DNA of 39,526 bases from Campylobacterales bacterium (GCA_024277395.1 JAJRVF010000101.1:1-39526); one strand, 5' to 3'; positions 9,504 through 18,800 are shown, counted from the first letter of the stretch. Numbers and translations are program-made. Notes: generated by a model not told the origin, from the letters alone.

Positions 9504-10556
9504 ATGATGAAGTTAATGATGTTTCTTGTTTTGATGTTCTGTTTTAACTTAGAAGCAACGAAAATAGGTGAAGTGGCCAATATTATCGGCGTCCGTGACA
9601 ATCAGCTTATCGGCTACTCTTTGGTAGTCGGGCTGAAAAAGACCGGTGACGGTACCACTTCTAAATTTACCCTGCAATCAATCTCAAATATGCTAAAAGC
9701 CATGAATATTGATATGAACCCTGTCGATATTAAGTCTAAAAATGTTGCTGCTGTCGTAGTAACGGCAAAGTTGAAGCCTTTTGCCCATCAGGGAGATAAA
9801 ATTAATGTGGTGGTCTCTTCCATCGGCGATGCCAAATCGCTAGAGGGCGGTACCTTGCTGATGACACCGCTTAAAGGAGTGGATGGTAAAATCTATGCAT
9901 TGGCACAAGGCCCTGTTAGTATTGGCGGTAAAAACATACGTGGAGCGGGCTCCGAGTCGCATCCGACTGCCGGTGTCGTCTATAACGGTGCTTTGGTGGA
10001 GCGGGAGATCGCGCAAAATCTCTATACCCGCAATGAGGTAACGCTCTCTTTAAAAGAGTCCAGTTTTGCCAATGCGGTAGCCATTCAAAAAGTGCTTAAT
10101 GATTTCTACAAATTGCATGTTGCCGTAGCAGTGGACTCCCGAACGGTGAAACTGCAGCGTCCTCAAGAGCACTCCATGATAGAGTTTTTGGCACAGGTGC
10201 AGTCGATGTCCATCGATTATGAACAGAAGCAGAAAATTATTATTAATGAACGTACCGGTACGGTAGTTTCGGGGGTCGATATCGGTATTAAGCCTATTGT
10301 TATCACTCATGGCGATATTACCATTAAAATTAAAGAGCTTTCGCAAATGGTGACACCAAAAGGCGGTGTTGCGATAGATGAGGAGCTGATTGTCGGGATG
10401 AATGAGAATGAGCTCTATACCAAAGAAGGAACAACAACGGTTGCTAACGTAACACGTTCCTTGCAAAAACTGGGGGCGACCCCCAAAGATATTATTGCCA
10501 TTTTACAGGCAATGAAAAGTGCCGGTGCCATTGCTGCCGACCTGGAGATAATCTAA
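9504..10556 (+). CDS. flgI: Flagellar P-ring protein FlgI
   Basis: Signal peptide MMKLMMFLVLMFCFNLEA followed by a canonical FlgI sequence (RDNQLIGYSLVVGLKKTGD..., ...ILQAMKSAGAIAADLEII). AAAGG precedes the ATG at 9504/9507. The listed ORF begins at the TTG at 9483. Confidence 0.92.
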   Translation: MMKLMMFLVLMFCFNLEATKIGEVANIIGVRDNQLIGYSLVVGLKKTGDGTTSKFTLQSISNMLKAMNIDMNPVDIKSKNVAAVVVTAKLKPFAHQGDKINVVVSSIGDAKSLEGGTLLMTPLKGVDGKIYALAQGPVSIGGKNIRGAGSESHPTAGVVYNGALVEREIAQNLYTRNEVTLSLKESSFANAVAIQKVLNDFYKLHVAVAVDSRTVKLQRPQEHSMIEFLAQVQSMSIDYEQKQKIIINERTGTVVSGVDIGIKPIVITHGDITIKIKELSQMVTPKGGVAIDEELIVGMNENELYTKEGTTTVANVTRSLQKLGATPKDIIAILQAMKSAGAIAADLEII

Positions 10557-10846
10557 TGGAACCTTTACATGTAAATTCAGCCTTGCTGTCGCATCAGACA
10601 ATTCCAACACTGCAAGAAAATATGGACAGAGCGGCTCTTAAAGAGAAAACTGACGCATTTGAAGCCATTATTGTCAAGATGCTTCTTGACAATGCGATGA
10701 AAGATGACAGGGATCTTTTTTCAGCTCAAAATGACCCCGGAGACGCAATCTATAAATCGATGTATCGTGATGAGCTCTCAAAAGTCAGTGCCGGTAGTTT
10801 TGGTTTTTCTGAAATGCTGTTTGACCATTTGAGTGCAAAAATTTAA
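10556..10846 (+). CDS. flgJ: Rod-binding protein (short FlgJ-like protein, no muramidase domain)
   Basis: 96 aa with the motif FEAIIVKMLLDNAMK...FGFSEMLFDHL, typical of the FlgJ N-terminal rod-binding domain. Its position after flgI matches C. jejuni Cj1463. Confidence 0.65.
   Translation: MEPLHVNSALLSHQTIPTLQENMDRAALKEKTDAFEAIIVKMLLDNAMKDDRDLFSAQNDPGDAIYKSMYRDELSKVSAGSFGFSEMLFDHLSAKI
10564..10575. repeat. Iterated palindrome copy 5 (perfect 12-mer TTTACATGTAAA)
   Basis: Codons 4-7 of flgJ, read as L-H-V-N. Confidence 0.95.
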
Positions 10847-10869
10847 GTTTTTTGCTATAGTGTCGATGT
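10844..10869 (+). promoter_or_regulatory. Sigma28 (FliA) promoter candidate upstream of flgM
   Basis: TAAGTTT-N11-GTCGATGT compared with the consensus TAAAGTTT-N11-GCCGATAA. It lies 45 nt upstream of the flgM ATG. Confidence 0.5.
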
Positions 10870-10913
10870 AGCATGTAGAACATCATAAACAATTAGAGTT
10901 AAAGGAAAATAAG

Positions 10914-11120
10914 ATGGTTTCGAATAATATTAACAATATTGCGGTGCGCAATGCGTATCAAAGCAGCGACGTGAAGCCTCGAACGCAAGAGGAGGTACCG
11001 CCCATTTCACAGCCTAAAGAAACCAATAAAATTGAGGCGCTTAAAGCGTCGATTGAAAACGGTGATTATAAGATTAATCTGGATGCGGTGGCCAATAAAA
11101 TAGCCGATGAATTAATTTAA
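10914..11120 (+). CDS. flgM: Anti-sigma-28 factor FlgM
   Basis: 68 aa. The C-terminus IEALKASIENGDYKINLDAVANKIADELI matches the FlgM sigma28-binding region. AAAGGA RBS. Confidence 0.8.
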   Translation: MVSNNINNIAVRNAYQSSDVKPRTQEEVPPISQPKETNKIEALKASIENGDYKINLDAVANKIADELI

Positions 11121-11176
11121 AATTTTTGTAGAAACGCTCCGTATCTTCGCAGATTCGGAGTCTCGCAAAGGAGTTT

Positions 11177-11608
11177 ATGATGCTTGCTTTCCATTTACAA
11201 AGTGCTTTAGACGATCTGAATGATCTGATTGCGATCTCGCAGCAGGATATTGAAGATATTAAAGCAGCACACCATGAAAGTCAATTTGAGCGTATCGGTC
11301 TAAAAGAAGATAAGATTAAAAGTTTTGAGCATCGCAAAGCGATGATAGACCACGAAATCTCCAAATTGATCGCCTCCAATCCAAAAAGTGATATTGCCGC
11401 ACTCTTAAATGAGGAACAGCAGGCATCACTGCAGCAGCTCAAAGTAAAACTGGCAGAATTGAGTGACGTGAATAAAAAATATGCCAAAATGGTGCTGAGT
11501 GTCGGAACTTTTTACAACTCGCTTCTTGAACGTGTCATCCCTACTGAAATGAACGGGTATGAGCGTGTCACCTCAAAAGATGCATCGTTTTTAAAAGTAA
11601 AGGTGTAG
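11177..11608 (+). CDS. flgN: FlgN-like flagellar export chaperone
   Basis: 143-aa helical, acidic protein between flgM and flgK, the same position as C. jejuni Cj1465. AAAGGAG RBS. The call is positional, with weak sequence recall. Confidence 0.5.
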   Translation: MMLAFHLQSALDDLNDLIAISQQDIEDIKAAHHESQFERIGLKEDKIKSFEHRKAMIDHEISKLIASNPKSDIAALLNEEQQASLQQLKVKLAELSDVNKKYAKMVLSVGTFYNSLLERVIPTEMNGYERVTSKDASFLKVKV

Positions 11609-11609
11609 C

Positions 11610-13463
11610 ATGTCCCTTTTTAATACACTCAATATTGGCTACAGCGGACTTAATGCGGCGCAGGCAAATGTCAAAACGACCAGCCATAATATTGCCAACG
11701 CCGAAACCGAAGGCTATACCCGCCAACGTATTGTAACCGCCGCGGCCACACCGTTGGAACATTCCCCCGGATCATACGGAAACGGTGTCTCCATCACGGA
11801 AGTCTCGCGCGTATTTGATGCCTACACCTATGATAGATATTTAAGTGCTTCCGAAGATAAAGCCTACTCCGAAATGATGCGCTCGACTATGGAAGAGCTC
11901 TCTACCTATTTTCCCGATATTGAGGGAGTAGGGGTCAAAACCGATTTGACCGACTACTTTAATATGTGGCAGACCTTAGCCGACAATCCTGACAGCAGCG
12001 CGATTCAGGTCGCACTTGCCGAAGAGACCCAAACGCTGACGCAAAATATTAACTATACCCGTGATCGTATTGACAATTTACAAAGCAGTATGAACGATCA
12101 GGTCAAAACCTATATTGACGAGGTTAACAATATTGCCGCCGATATTGCCAAGCTTAACGGTGCTATTGATATGGCAGAGTCTGACGGAATTGTGAACGCC
12201 AATGATCTGCGTGATCAGCGCAATCTGTTAGAGCGCTCACTCTCGAAGCTGATCGGTGCCAATGTGTATGAAGACGGGGTGGAAGCCAATATGGCCATTC
12301 ACTCGCAGGCCACGGAAAAAAGTAGTACCTATACCATTCAAGTGGGTGGCTTTAATATTGTTGATGGCGCAACATACCACCCCATAGGCAGCAGTAATGA
12401 GACCAACTCCTTGGGTTATTACGATCTGTATTATGAGCGTCAAGACGGGGTAAAACTCCCTTTTGAATCTTCCATACAGGGGGGGAAACTGGGTGCACTG
12501 ATGGAGTTGCGCGGCTCTGACTTGAATACAGAATCGGGTGAACCGTTAAACGGAGTGCTTCAGGAGAGCATTAATAATTTGGATGCTTTTGCTAAAGGAT
12601 TGATTCAAAGTGTCAATAATGTCTATGCGCAGGCATCGACAACGCGCATGGAGTCCAATCAGCTTGAGGTTGACGGAGCTACGGCACTGCGAAACTATCC
12701 CGAACTCGGAGTGAATGAAGGAAGCTTTGATCTGATTGTTTATGATGCCGAAGGCAACGAAATCTCGACACGGAGTATTGTGATTGACAGCACAACCTCT
12801 ATGGATAATATTGCGACACAAGTGGCGGCCAATAGCGACGACAACGGTGATAACAATGCTACCAATGATATTGATGACTTCTTGATCTTTACCTATGACA
12901 ATGTCTCAGGAAGGGCCCGTTTTGGTTTTAGTGATGCACAATTTGAGAAAGACGGATACACTTTTTCACTTAAAGATAACACCATCCAGGGTGCTCAAAG
13001 CGGTACTAACTTTGCAGGAGCGACGGGTCTTAGCCGTTTTTTTGACGGGGAGAGCGCTAAAGATATTGCACTCAATGCAACTTTAAAAGCAGATCCGAGC
13101 AATATTGCTCCGTATCAGGAGAATGTTGCCGGCAACAACAGTGTTGCACTGAGTATGATACAGCTGCAATTTGAAAATTTTACCTTTGAATCAAACGGTA
13201 AAGATGTAACCGATACGCTTTATGGGTATTATGATACGTTGGTGACAGCGGTAGGAAGTTTTACAAATTCAATGATCGCTCTTGATGATACCTACACGGC
13301 GCAGTTTAATGCAATTGAGTTGGAGTATCAGTCCATCTCCAAAGTCAGTATTGATGAGGAGTTGACGAATTTAATCAAATATCAGACAGCTTACGGTGCG
13401 GCATCAAAAGTTATTACCACCGTCGATCAGATGCTCAATACGCTTTTAGGCATTAAGCAGTAA
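11610..13463 (+). CDS. flgK: Flagellar hook-associated protein 1 FlgK
   Basis: N-terminus MSLFNTLNIGYSGLNAAQANVKTTSHNIANAETEGYTRQR and C-terminus EELTNLIKYQTAYGAASKVITTVDQMLNTLLGIK are canonical FlgK termini. Confidence 0.92.
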   Translation: MSLFNTLNIGYSGLNAAQANVKTTSHNIANAETEGYTRQRIVTAAATPLEHSPGSYGNGVSITEVSRVFDAYTYDRYLSASEDKAYSEMMRSTMEELSTYFPDIEGVGVKTDLTDYFNMWQTLADNPDSSAIQVALAEETQTLTQNINYTRDRIDNLQSSMNDQVKTYIDEVNNIAADIAKLNGAIDMAESDGIVNANDLRDQRNLLERSLSKLIGANVYEDGVEANMAIHSQATEKSSTYTIQVGGFNIVDGATYHPIGSSNETNSLGYYDLYYERQDGVKLPFESSIQGGKLGALMELRGSDLNTESGEPLNGVLQESINNLDAFAKGLIQSVNNVYAQASTTRMESNQLEVDGATALRNYPELGVNEGSFDLIVYDAEGNEISTRSIVIDSTTSMDNIATQVAANSDDNGDNNATNDIDDFLIFTYDNVSGRARFGFSDAQFEKDGYTFSLKDNTIQGAQSGTNFAGATGLSRFFDGESAKDIALNATLKADPSNIAPYQENVAGNNSVALSMIQLQFENFTFESNGKDVTDTLYGYYDTLVTAVGSFTNSMIALDDTYTAQFNAIELEYQSISKVSIDEELTNLIKYQTAYGAASKVITTVDQMLNTLLGIKQ

Positions 13464-14266
13464 TGAAACTCCCCGTCGTAAGTATTGTGATACTTGCACT
13501 GCTGTTTATACTCTCTTTTTTCGGTCAATGGCTCTACTCCGCAAGTCCGTACGAGCTCAATAAAGATGCCATCCTTTTAGCCCCGTCACTTGAGCATATT
13601 TTTGGAACCGATCGATTGGGACGGGATGTGGCCGCACGTATTATTGAAGGAGGAAAGGTGTCATTGAGCATTGGCGTCGGCAGTGCTCTTATTGCTTCAT
13701 TTTTAGGGTTGATAATCGGTGCGACTGCGGGGTATTTTAGAGGAGCGGTTGACAAAGGTTTTGTCATACTGGTTGATCTGTTCTTAACCTTTCCCACTTT
13801 TTTTCTACTTTTGGCACTGGTGAGTTATGTGAATGCTTCGGTTTGGGTATTGATTGTCATTATCTCCATTACGGGATGGATGACTACCGCGCGGCTGATT
13901 CGCTCAGAGAGCTTTGCCATTACCCAAAAACCCTTTATCAAGATTTTACGTATCGCACAGGTGCCGACCTATAGAATTTTACTAAAATATTACGCACCGC
14001 TGTTGGCACCGATTTTTTTTGTCAGTTTTACGTTTGGTGTAGGCGGCGCTATTCTTTCGGAGTCGGGTTTGAGCTTTTTGGGCTTGGGTGTGGTAGCGCC
14101 GCAAATGAGCTGGGGGAGTGTATTGAGCGGCGGTAAAGAGGTAATGGATATTGCATGGTGGGTCAGTTTTTTCCCTGGGTTAATGATTTTTTTAGTAACA
14201 TTTGCATTAATAAATATTTCCAACTATTTACAAAGCATTACTAATCAAAATCAGGTGCAGGAGTAG
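13463..14266 (+). CDS. ABC transporter permease, DppC/OppC/NikC family (no partner subunits nearby)
   Basis: N-terminus ...HIFGTDRLGRDVAARII and the EAA-loop region WMTTARLIRSESFAITQKPFIKILRIAQV. The start overlaps the flgK stop (TAATG). Confidence 0.75.
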   Translation: MKLPVVSIVILALLFILSFFGQWLYSASPYELNKDAILLAPSLEHIFGTDRLGRDVAARIIEGGKVSLSIGVGSALIASFLGLIIGATAGYFRGAVDKGFVILVDLFLTFPTFFLLLALVSYVNASVWVLIVIISITGWMTTARLIRSESFAITQKPFIKILRIAQVPTYRILLKYYAPLLAPIFFVSFTFGVGGAILSESGLSFLGLGVVAPQMSWGSVLSGGKEVMDIAWWVSFFPGLMIFLVTFALINISNYLQSITNQNQVQE

Positions 14267-14269
14267 CGA

Positions 14270-15274
14270 ATGGCTCACGGCGGCAAAAGTGTCGGCTATA
14301 TGTTTATTGTTATGGCGTCGGTGGTGATTGTACTAGCGGGAATTAAACTTGCTGCGGTTATTATTGTACCGTTTTTGCTCTCTTTGTTTCTCGCTATTAT
14401 TTTGGCACCGCTGTTTGAGTGGTTGAAATCGCGGGGACTGCCTGATGCACTCTCTATTTTTGCGGTTATGTTAGTGTTTATGGGGTTGTTGAGTATGGTC
14501 ACGGTTCTTGTGGGAAACTCAGTACAGGATTTTAACAATAATCTGCCCATATATGAAGCCAAACTTTCACAAAGTATGAATGAGATGATTCTTTTTTTAG
14601 AGGGCTTTGGAATTGACCTGCCTAATGAAGAGCTTTTTAAGGTGTTTGATCCGAAAACGACTATGAAATATATTGCCGGTACCTTGAAAAACTTCGGTTC
14701 TATCATTACCAACAGCTTTATGATTTTATTGATGGTAATTTTTATGCTGCTGGAGATGTCACATTTTCAAGATAAGTTTCGTGTTACCGATCGTGAGAGT
14801 ATGCAGCACATGCAAGAGATTGCCGATAAGATCAAACATTATATGGTGTTGAAAACCGGTATATCGATGGTGACCGGGGTAATTGTTTCGTTGATGCTGA
14901 TGGCAGTGGGAGTAGACTATTACATTCTTTGGGGGCTGGTTGCTTTTTTGCTCAATTTTATTCCCAATATCGGTTCTATAATTGCTGCCATTCCGGCGGT
15001 TATTTTGGCGTTGGTGCAGTTTGGTGCGGGAACAGCTGCATTAGTGGCACTTGGCTATATTGTTATTAATATTGTATTTGGTTCCATTGTGGAACCGAAA
15101 ATTATGGGACGGGGCTTGGGACTCTCAACATTGGTAGTCTTTTTATCGCTCATCTTTTGGGGATGGCTGCTTGGTCCTATTGGGATGCTGCTTTCCATTC
15201 CCTTGACTATCATGGTCAAGATTGCTCTGGATGTCCGGCCCAATACCAAGTGGATTGCTACGCTATTGGCTTGA
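14270..15274 (+). CDS. AI-2E family transporter (PerM/YhhT-like permease)
   Basis: 334-aa polytopic membrane protein with the characteristic C-terminal region FLLNFIPNIGSIIAAIPAVILAL...EPKIMGRGLGLSTLVVFLSLIFWGWLLGPIGMLLSIPLT. Confidence 0.75.
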   Translation: MAHGGKSVGYMFIVMASVVIVLAGIKLAAVIIVPFLLSLFLAIILAPLFEWLKSRGLPDALSIFAVMLVFMGLLSMVTVLVGNSVQDFNNNLPIYEAKLSQSMNEMILFLEGFGIDLPNEELFKVFDPKTTMKYIAGTLKNFGSIITNSFMILLMVIFMLLEMSHFQDKFRVTDRESMQHMQEIADKIKHYMVLKTGISMVTGVIVSLMLMAVGVDYYILWGLVAFLLNFIPNIGSIIAAIPAVILALVQFGAGTAALVALGYIVINIVFGSIVEPKIMGRGLGLSTLVVFLSLIFWGWLLGPIGMLLSIPLTIMVKIALDVRPNTKWIATLLA

Positions 15275-15287
15275 TTTACATGTAAAT
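15274..15287. repeat. Iterated palindrome copy 6 (perfect 14-mer ATTTACATGTAAAT)
   Basis: Starts at the last base of the AI-2E transporter stop codon and lies 22 nt upstream of the Crp/Fnr-family gene. Confidence 0.95.
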
Positions 15288-15308
15288 TTTAAGTTATTTT
15301 AGCGTAAG

Positions 15309-16001
15309 ATGGACACTATGGATGCTAATATAGATATTGCCAACAGTTCGCAACAGTTAATATTAAAGCAGATTGAAGATTCTGCTTTGGTCGTCTCCAA
15401 CAGGAAAGATCTCTACTTCAGCAAAGGAGACGACCCGCTCTCCTATGCCGATACCTTGAATTATTTCTACTTTATTATGAGCGGTAAAATTAAAATTTAT
15501 CAGGTTGATCTGCAGAGCTCCAAAGAGCAGATTCTTTACCTGCTCTCCTACGGCGATATGTTTGATGTTGTCTCGTTGCTGGACAAACAGCCCAATGAGT
15601 ACCTTTCGGAAGTTCTTGAAGATACGCATATCATTCAAGTGCCTCTGCGTGATGTTGAGAGGATGATTTCAGAAGATGTCCGTTTTCGTCAATACTTTTA
15701 CCACTACTTGGCACAGCAGCTTAAGTCAATGGAAGATCTGGCGGTGAGTCTCTCGTTTTATGACGTTTACCAGCGGGTGCTGCAGCTTTTTGCAAAATTC
15801 ACCGAGATGATTGACAATAAATCACAATTGAAAGTGATTGACAATCTCAATCATGAAGATTTGGCTGCGATGATAGGGACGGTTAGAAAAGTACTGAATC
15901 GGAGCTTGCAGCGTCTGAAAAATGACGGTATTATTGAGATATCTCGAAAAAAGATTCATATTAAAAACTTTCAAAAACTGCTTGATCAGCTGGATGTGTA
16001 A
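15309..16001 (+). CDS. Crp/Fnr family transcriptional regulator
   Basis: N-terminal cNMP-binding-like beta-roll (FYFIMSGKIKIYQ...) and a C-terminal helix-turn-helix (NHEDLAAMIGTVRKVLNRSLQRLKNDGII). It has no N-terminal Cys cluster, so it is not a classical FNR. Confidence 0.75.
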   Translation: MDTMDANIDIANSSQQLILKQIEDSALVVSNRKDLYFSKGDDPLSYADTLNYFYFIMSGKIKIYQVDLQSSKEQILYLLSYGDMFDVVSLLDKQPNEYLSEVLEDTHIIQVPLRDVERMISEDVRFRQYFYHYLAQQLKSMEDLAVSLSFYDVYQRVLQLFAKFTEMIDNKSQLKVIDNLNHEDLAAMIGTVRKVLNRSLQRLKNDGIIEISRKKIHIKNFQKLLDQLDV

Positions 16002-16055
16002 TATTCAACTGAAAGCATTACCTTTTAATTAGGCTAAATAGGTTACAATTTTTGC

Positions 16056-16718
16056 ATGATAAAAATATTGATGATTGAAGATGATCTTGAACTTGCCGAG
16101 ATCTTAACCGAATATTTGGAACAGTTTGATTTTGAGGTTATTACTGAAGATGACCCGTTCAAGGCATTGAGTATTTTGAAGCTAGAGCAGTTTGATCTGG
16201 TTATATTAGATTTGACGCTCCCGGGAATGGACGGACTGGAGGTGTGTGAAGCCATCCGTCAACGTCAAAATATTCCCATTATTATCTCTTCGGCACGTTC
16301 TGATGTCACCGACAAAGTACATGCATTGGAGTTGGGAGCTGACGATTATCTGCCCAAGCCGTACGACCCGAGAGAGCTTGAAGCACGTATCCACTCGGTA
16401 CTGCGCCGTTATGAAGCTTTGAGTGATACGGAGGCTGAAGAGCATACCGATTTTAAACTCAATGAATCGGCCATGCAGATTAGCTATAAAGGGCGGGCAT
16501 TGGATCTGACCAATGCGGAGTACGGCATTTTGGCGTACATGATCAAAAAGCACGGTATGGTTGTTTCGCGTGAGGATCTTATTCACAATGTCAGTGCTAT
16601 TAATGAGGACTCTTCGAACAAAAGTATTGACGTCATGGTCGGGCGTATCCGTAATAAGTTAGGCGATAAGTCACTCATAGAGTCGATCCGAGGTATCGGA
16701 TATAAGCTATTAAAGTAA
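16056..16718 (+). CDS. OmpR/PhoB-family response regulator
   Basis: REC domain (MIKILMIEDD..., DLVILDLTLPGMDG, phospho-acceptor Asp) and a winged-helix C-terminus (...IESIRGIGYKLL). Confidence 0.88.
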   Translation: MIKILMIEDDLELAEILTEYLEQFDFEVITEDDPFKALSILKLEQFDLVILDLTLPGMDGLEVCEAIRQRQNIPIIISSARSDVTDKVHALELGADDYLPKPYDPRELEARIHSVLRRYEALSDTEAEEHTDFKLNESAMQISYKGRALDLTNAEYGILAYMIKKHGMVVSREDLIHNVSAINEDSSNKSIDVMVGRIRNKLGDKSLIESIRGIGYKLLK

Positions 16719-16725
16719 CTGTCGT

Positions 16726-18018
16726 TTGAACGTGCGAAAAAATGCAGTACTGCTGACGGTACTTTTTGCACTTTTTGTGAGTGTAGGAAGTCTGAGTTAT
16801 ACTTTTTACAAAATGTACGGCATCAACAAAGAGAAGCACACAGAAAATATTTTTAAAAAGTATACGGTGATTATGAATATCTTTCGTCAGCATACTCAGA
16901 CGCAAAGCTCACGAACCATTCTTGAAGCCAATCTTGCCATTTCCCAACTTTACAATATTCCCGACAAAGAGACGGTACGAACTATTTTGCAGCAGGCCAA
17001 AGTATTGAAGCGCGAAGGGTTTCGTGCGGTTAATGAGGCACTGTTTTACGATAAAATGTATATTTACCGCCAAAAGTTCATTCAAGATATGCGCGCCTCC
17101 ATGCTGGAGTATCAAGAAGAGATCTATTTTTACATTGAATCGCCGCGCTACTCGGTGATGCTGTTGGACAAAGAGAACCATCCCTACTCTCCATGGAAGC
17201 TTTTGACCCGTTATGCTACGACCATAGGAATTATTATTTTCGCCTTTTTGCTGATTTTGTATCGTTTGCGTCCGTTGCGGGAGTTGCGAAAGAAAATCGC
17301 CCGTTTCGGTGCAGGAGATATGACGGTTTCGTTTAAAGTAAAAGGTGATGATGAGATCGCGCTGATCTCCAATGAACTCGATCATGCCCAGTGTCAAATT
17401 AATGCACTCATGGAGTCGCGAACTCTTTTTTTGCGTAATATTATGCATGAGCTCAAAACCCCGATTGCCAAAGGGCGTATTGTCACACAGATGCTTGAAG
17501 TGCCCAAGCAGCGTGAGCGCTATAACAAGATTTTTGAACGTCTGGAAAGTCTTATTAATGAATTTGCACTTATTGAAGAGGTGACATCGGGTTTTGCTCA
17601 TTTGCAGAAACAAGAGTATCGTCTTATCGATCTTATTGACGGAGGCATTGACATGGCAATGATTGACCATGACAATGTTACTATTGATGTTGATGCAAAC
17701 TATAAAATTATTACCGACTATCGTCTCTTCTCTACCGCCATAAAAAATATGATTGACAATGGCCTGAAATATTCGCCGGACCATAAGGTAAGGGTCTATA
17801 CAAAAGGGCGGGAGATTGTCTTTGAAAATCGTGGTAAAGCACTGACGCATCCGCTCGCCTTTTATGTGGAGCCTTTTACCAAAGATCAGCCGGCTAAGAG
17901 CAGTTTCGGTTTGGGGCTGTATCTGGTTGATGCCATTTTGAAATCACATGACATGGTTTTGGCTTATGAGCGTGAGAGTGAGCGCGAAGCAAACTGTTTT
18001 ATTTTTGTACCGAAATAA
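16726..18018 (+). CDS. Sensor histidine kinase, cognate to the preceding regulator
   Basis: Two TM segments, a HAMP-like linker (LRELRKKIARFGAGDMTVSF), the H-box FLRNIMHELKTPIA, an N-box MIDNGLKYS and a G-box GLGLYLV. TTG start 8 nt after the regulator stop. Confidence 0.85.
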   Translation: MNVRKNAVLLTVLFALFVSVGSLSYTFYKMYGINKEKHTENIFKKYTVIMNIFRQHTQTQSSRTILEANLAISQLYNIPDKETVRTILQQAKVLKREGFRAVNEALFYDKMYIYRQKFIQDMRASMLEYQEEIYFYIESPRYSVMLLDKENHPYSPWKLLTRYATTIGIIIFAFLLILYRLRPLRELRKKIARFGAGDMTVSFKVKGDDEIALISNELDHAQCQINALMESRTLFLRNIMHELKTPIAKGRIVTQMLEVPKQRERYNKIFERLESLINEFALIEEVTSGFAHLQKQEYRLIDLIDGGIDMAMIDHDNVTIDVDANYKIITDYRLFSTAIKNMIDNGLKYSPDHKVRVYTKGREIVFENRGKALTHPLAFYVEPFTKDQPAKSSFGLGLYLVDAILKSHDMVLAYERESEREANCFIFVPK

Positions 18019-18032
18019 ATGGAGGAGCACAG

Positions 18033-18800
18033 GTGAAACATATATTAATCAGTAATGATGATGGTTATGAGTCCAAAGGATTGTTGAAATTAATTGAGGT
18101 ATTACAGGATTTGGCACGTATCACCGTCGTGGCGCCATCAACTGAAAAGTCGGCATGCGGACATTCGTTAACACTGCACCATCCGCTGAGTTTTATCAGT
18201 GTTGATGATGATTTTTATAAACTTGATGACGGTACACCGAGTGACTGCATCTATTTGGCACTGCACTCGCTTTTTGAGAACAATCGGCCCGATCTCATTG
18301 TTAGCGGTATCAACCACGGATCAAATATGGGTGAAGATATCACCTATTCCGGTACGGCGGCCGCTGCCATGGAGGGTGTGATTCACGGGGTACCTTCCAT
18401 TGCCGTCTCTCAGGTAATGGACTATTCGCAGCCCGTACCGAGTTTTGAGCTGGCAGGAGAAACGATCCGTATGTTGGTGAAAAAAGTCTTTAGTAACGGT
18501 TTTCCGCTGCCACCGCGTCAGTTTTTAAATGTCAATATTCCCTACGGCGTTGACGAAGCCGAGATCGTCAGTACCTATGCGGGGTACCGACTTTACGGCA
18601 ACGATGCCCATTTGCATCGTAATCCCCGAGGTTTAGAGTACTACTGGCTTGGGCTGCACCCTTTAGAGTTTCGTACGCGCGAGGGGCGCGAGGGGTTATG
18701 TGACTTTGAAGCCATTGAGAACAAAAAGGTTTCCATGTCCCCTATTCAGGTCGATATGAGTGCGTATGAGAGTTTGACGTCATTAGGACGGTGGCTGTGA
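18033..18800 (+). CDS. surE: 5'/3'-nucleotidase SurE
   Basis: MKHILISNDDGYESKGL...SGINHGSNMGEDITYSGTAAAAMEG is canonical SurE. GTG start with a GGAGG RBS. Confidence 0.9.
   Translation: MKHILISNDDGYESKGLLKLIEVLQDLARITVVAPSTEKSACGHSLTLHHPLSFISVDDDFYKLDDGTPSDCIYLALHSLFENNRPDLIVSGINHGSNMGEDITYSGTAAAAMEGVIHGVPSIAVSQVMDYSQPVPSFELAGETIRMLVKKVFSNGFPLPPRQFLNVNIPYGVDEAEIVSTYAGYRLYGNDAHLHRNPRGLEYYWLGLHPLEFRTREGREGLCDFEAIENKKVSMSPIQVDMSAYESLTSLGRWL

Noticed and set aside
16909-17850. 313-aa ORF antisense to the histidine kinase gene
   Set aside because: It lies entirely within the plus-strand kinase gene, which has clear H, N and G boxes. Its translation is low-complexity and Cys/Phe/Asn-rich with no recognisable domain, and it has no RBS. 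It is a typical shadow ORF in an AT-biased gene.
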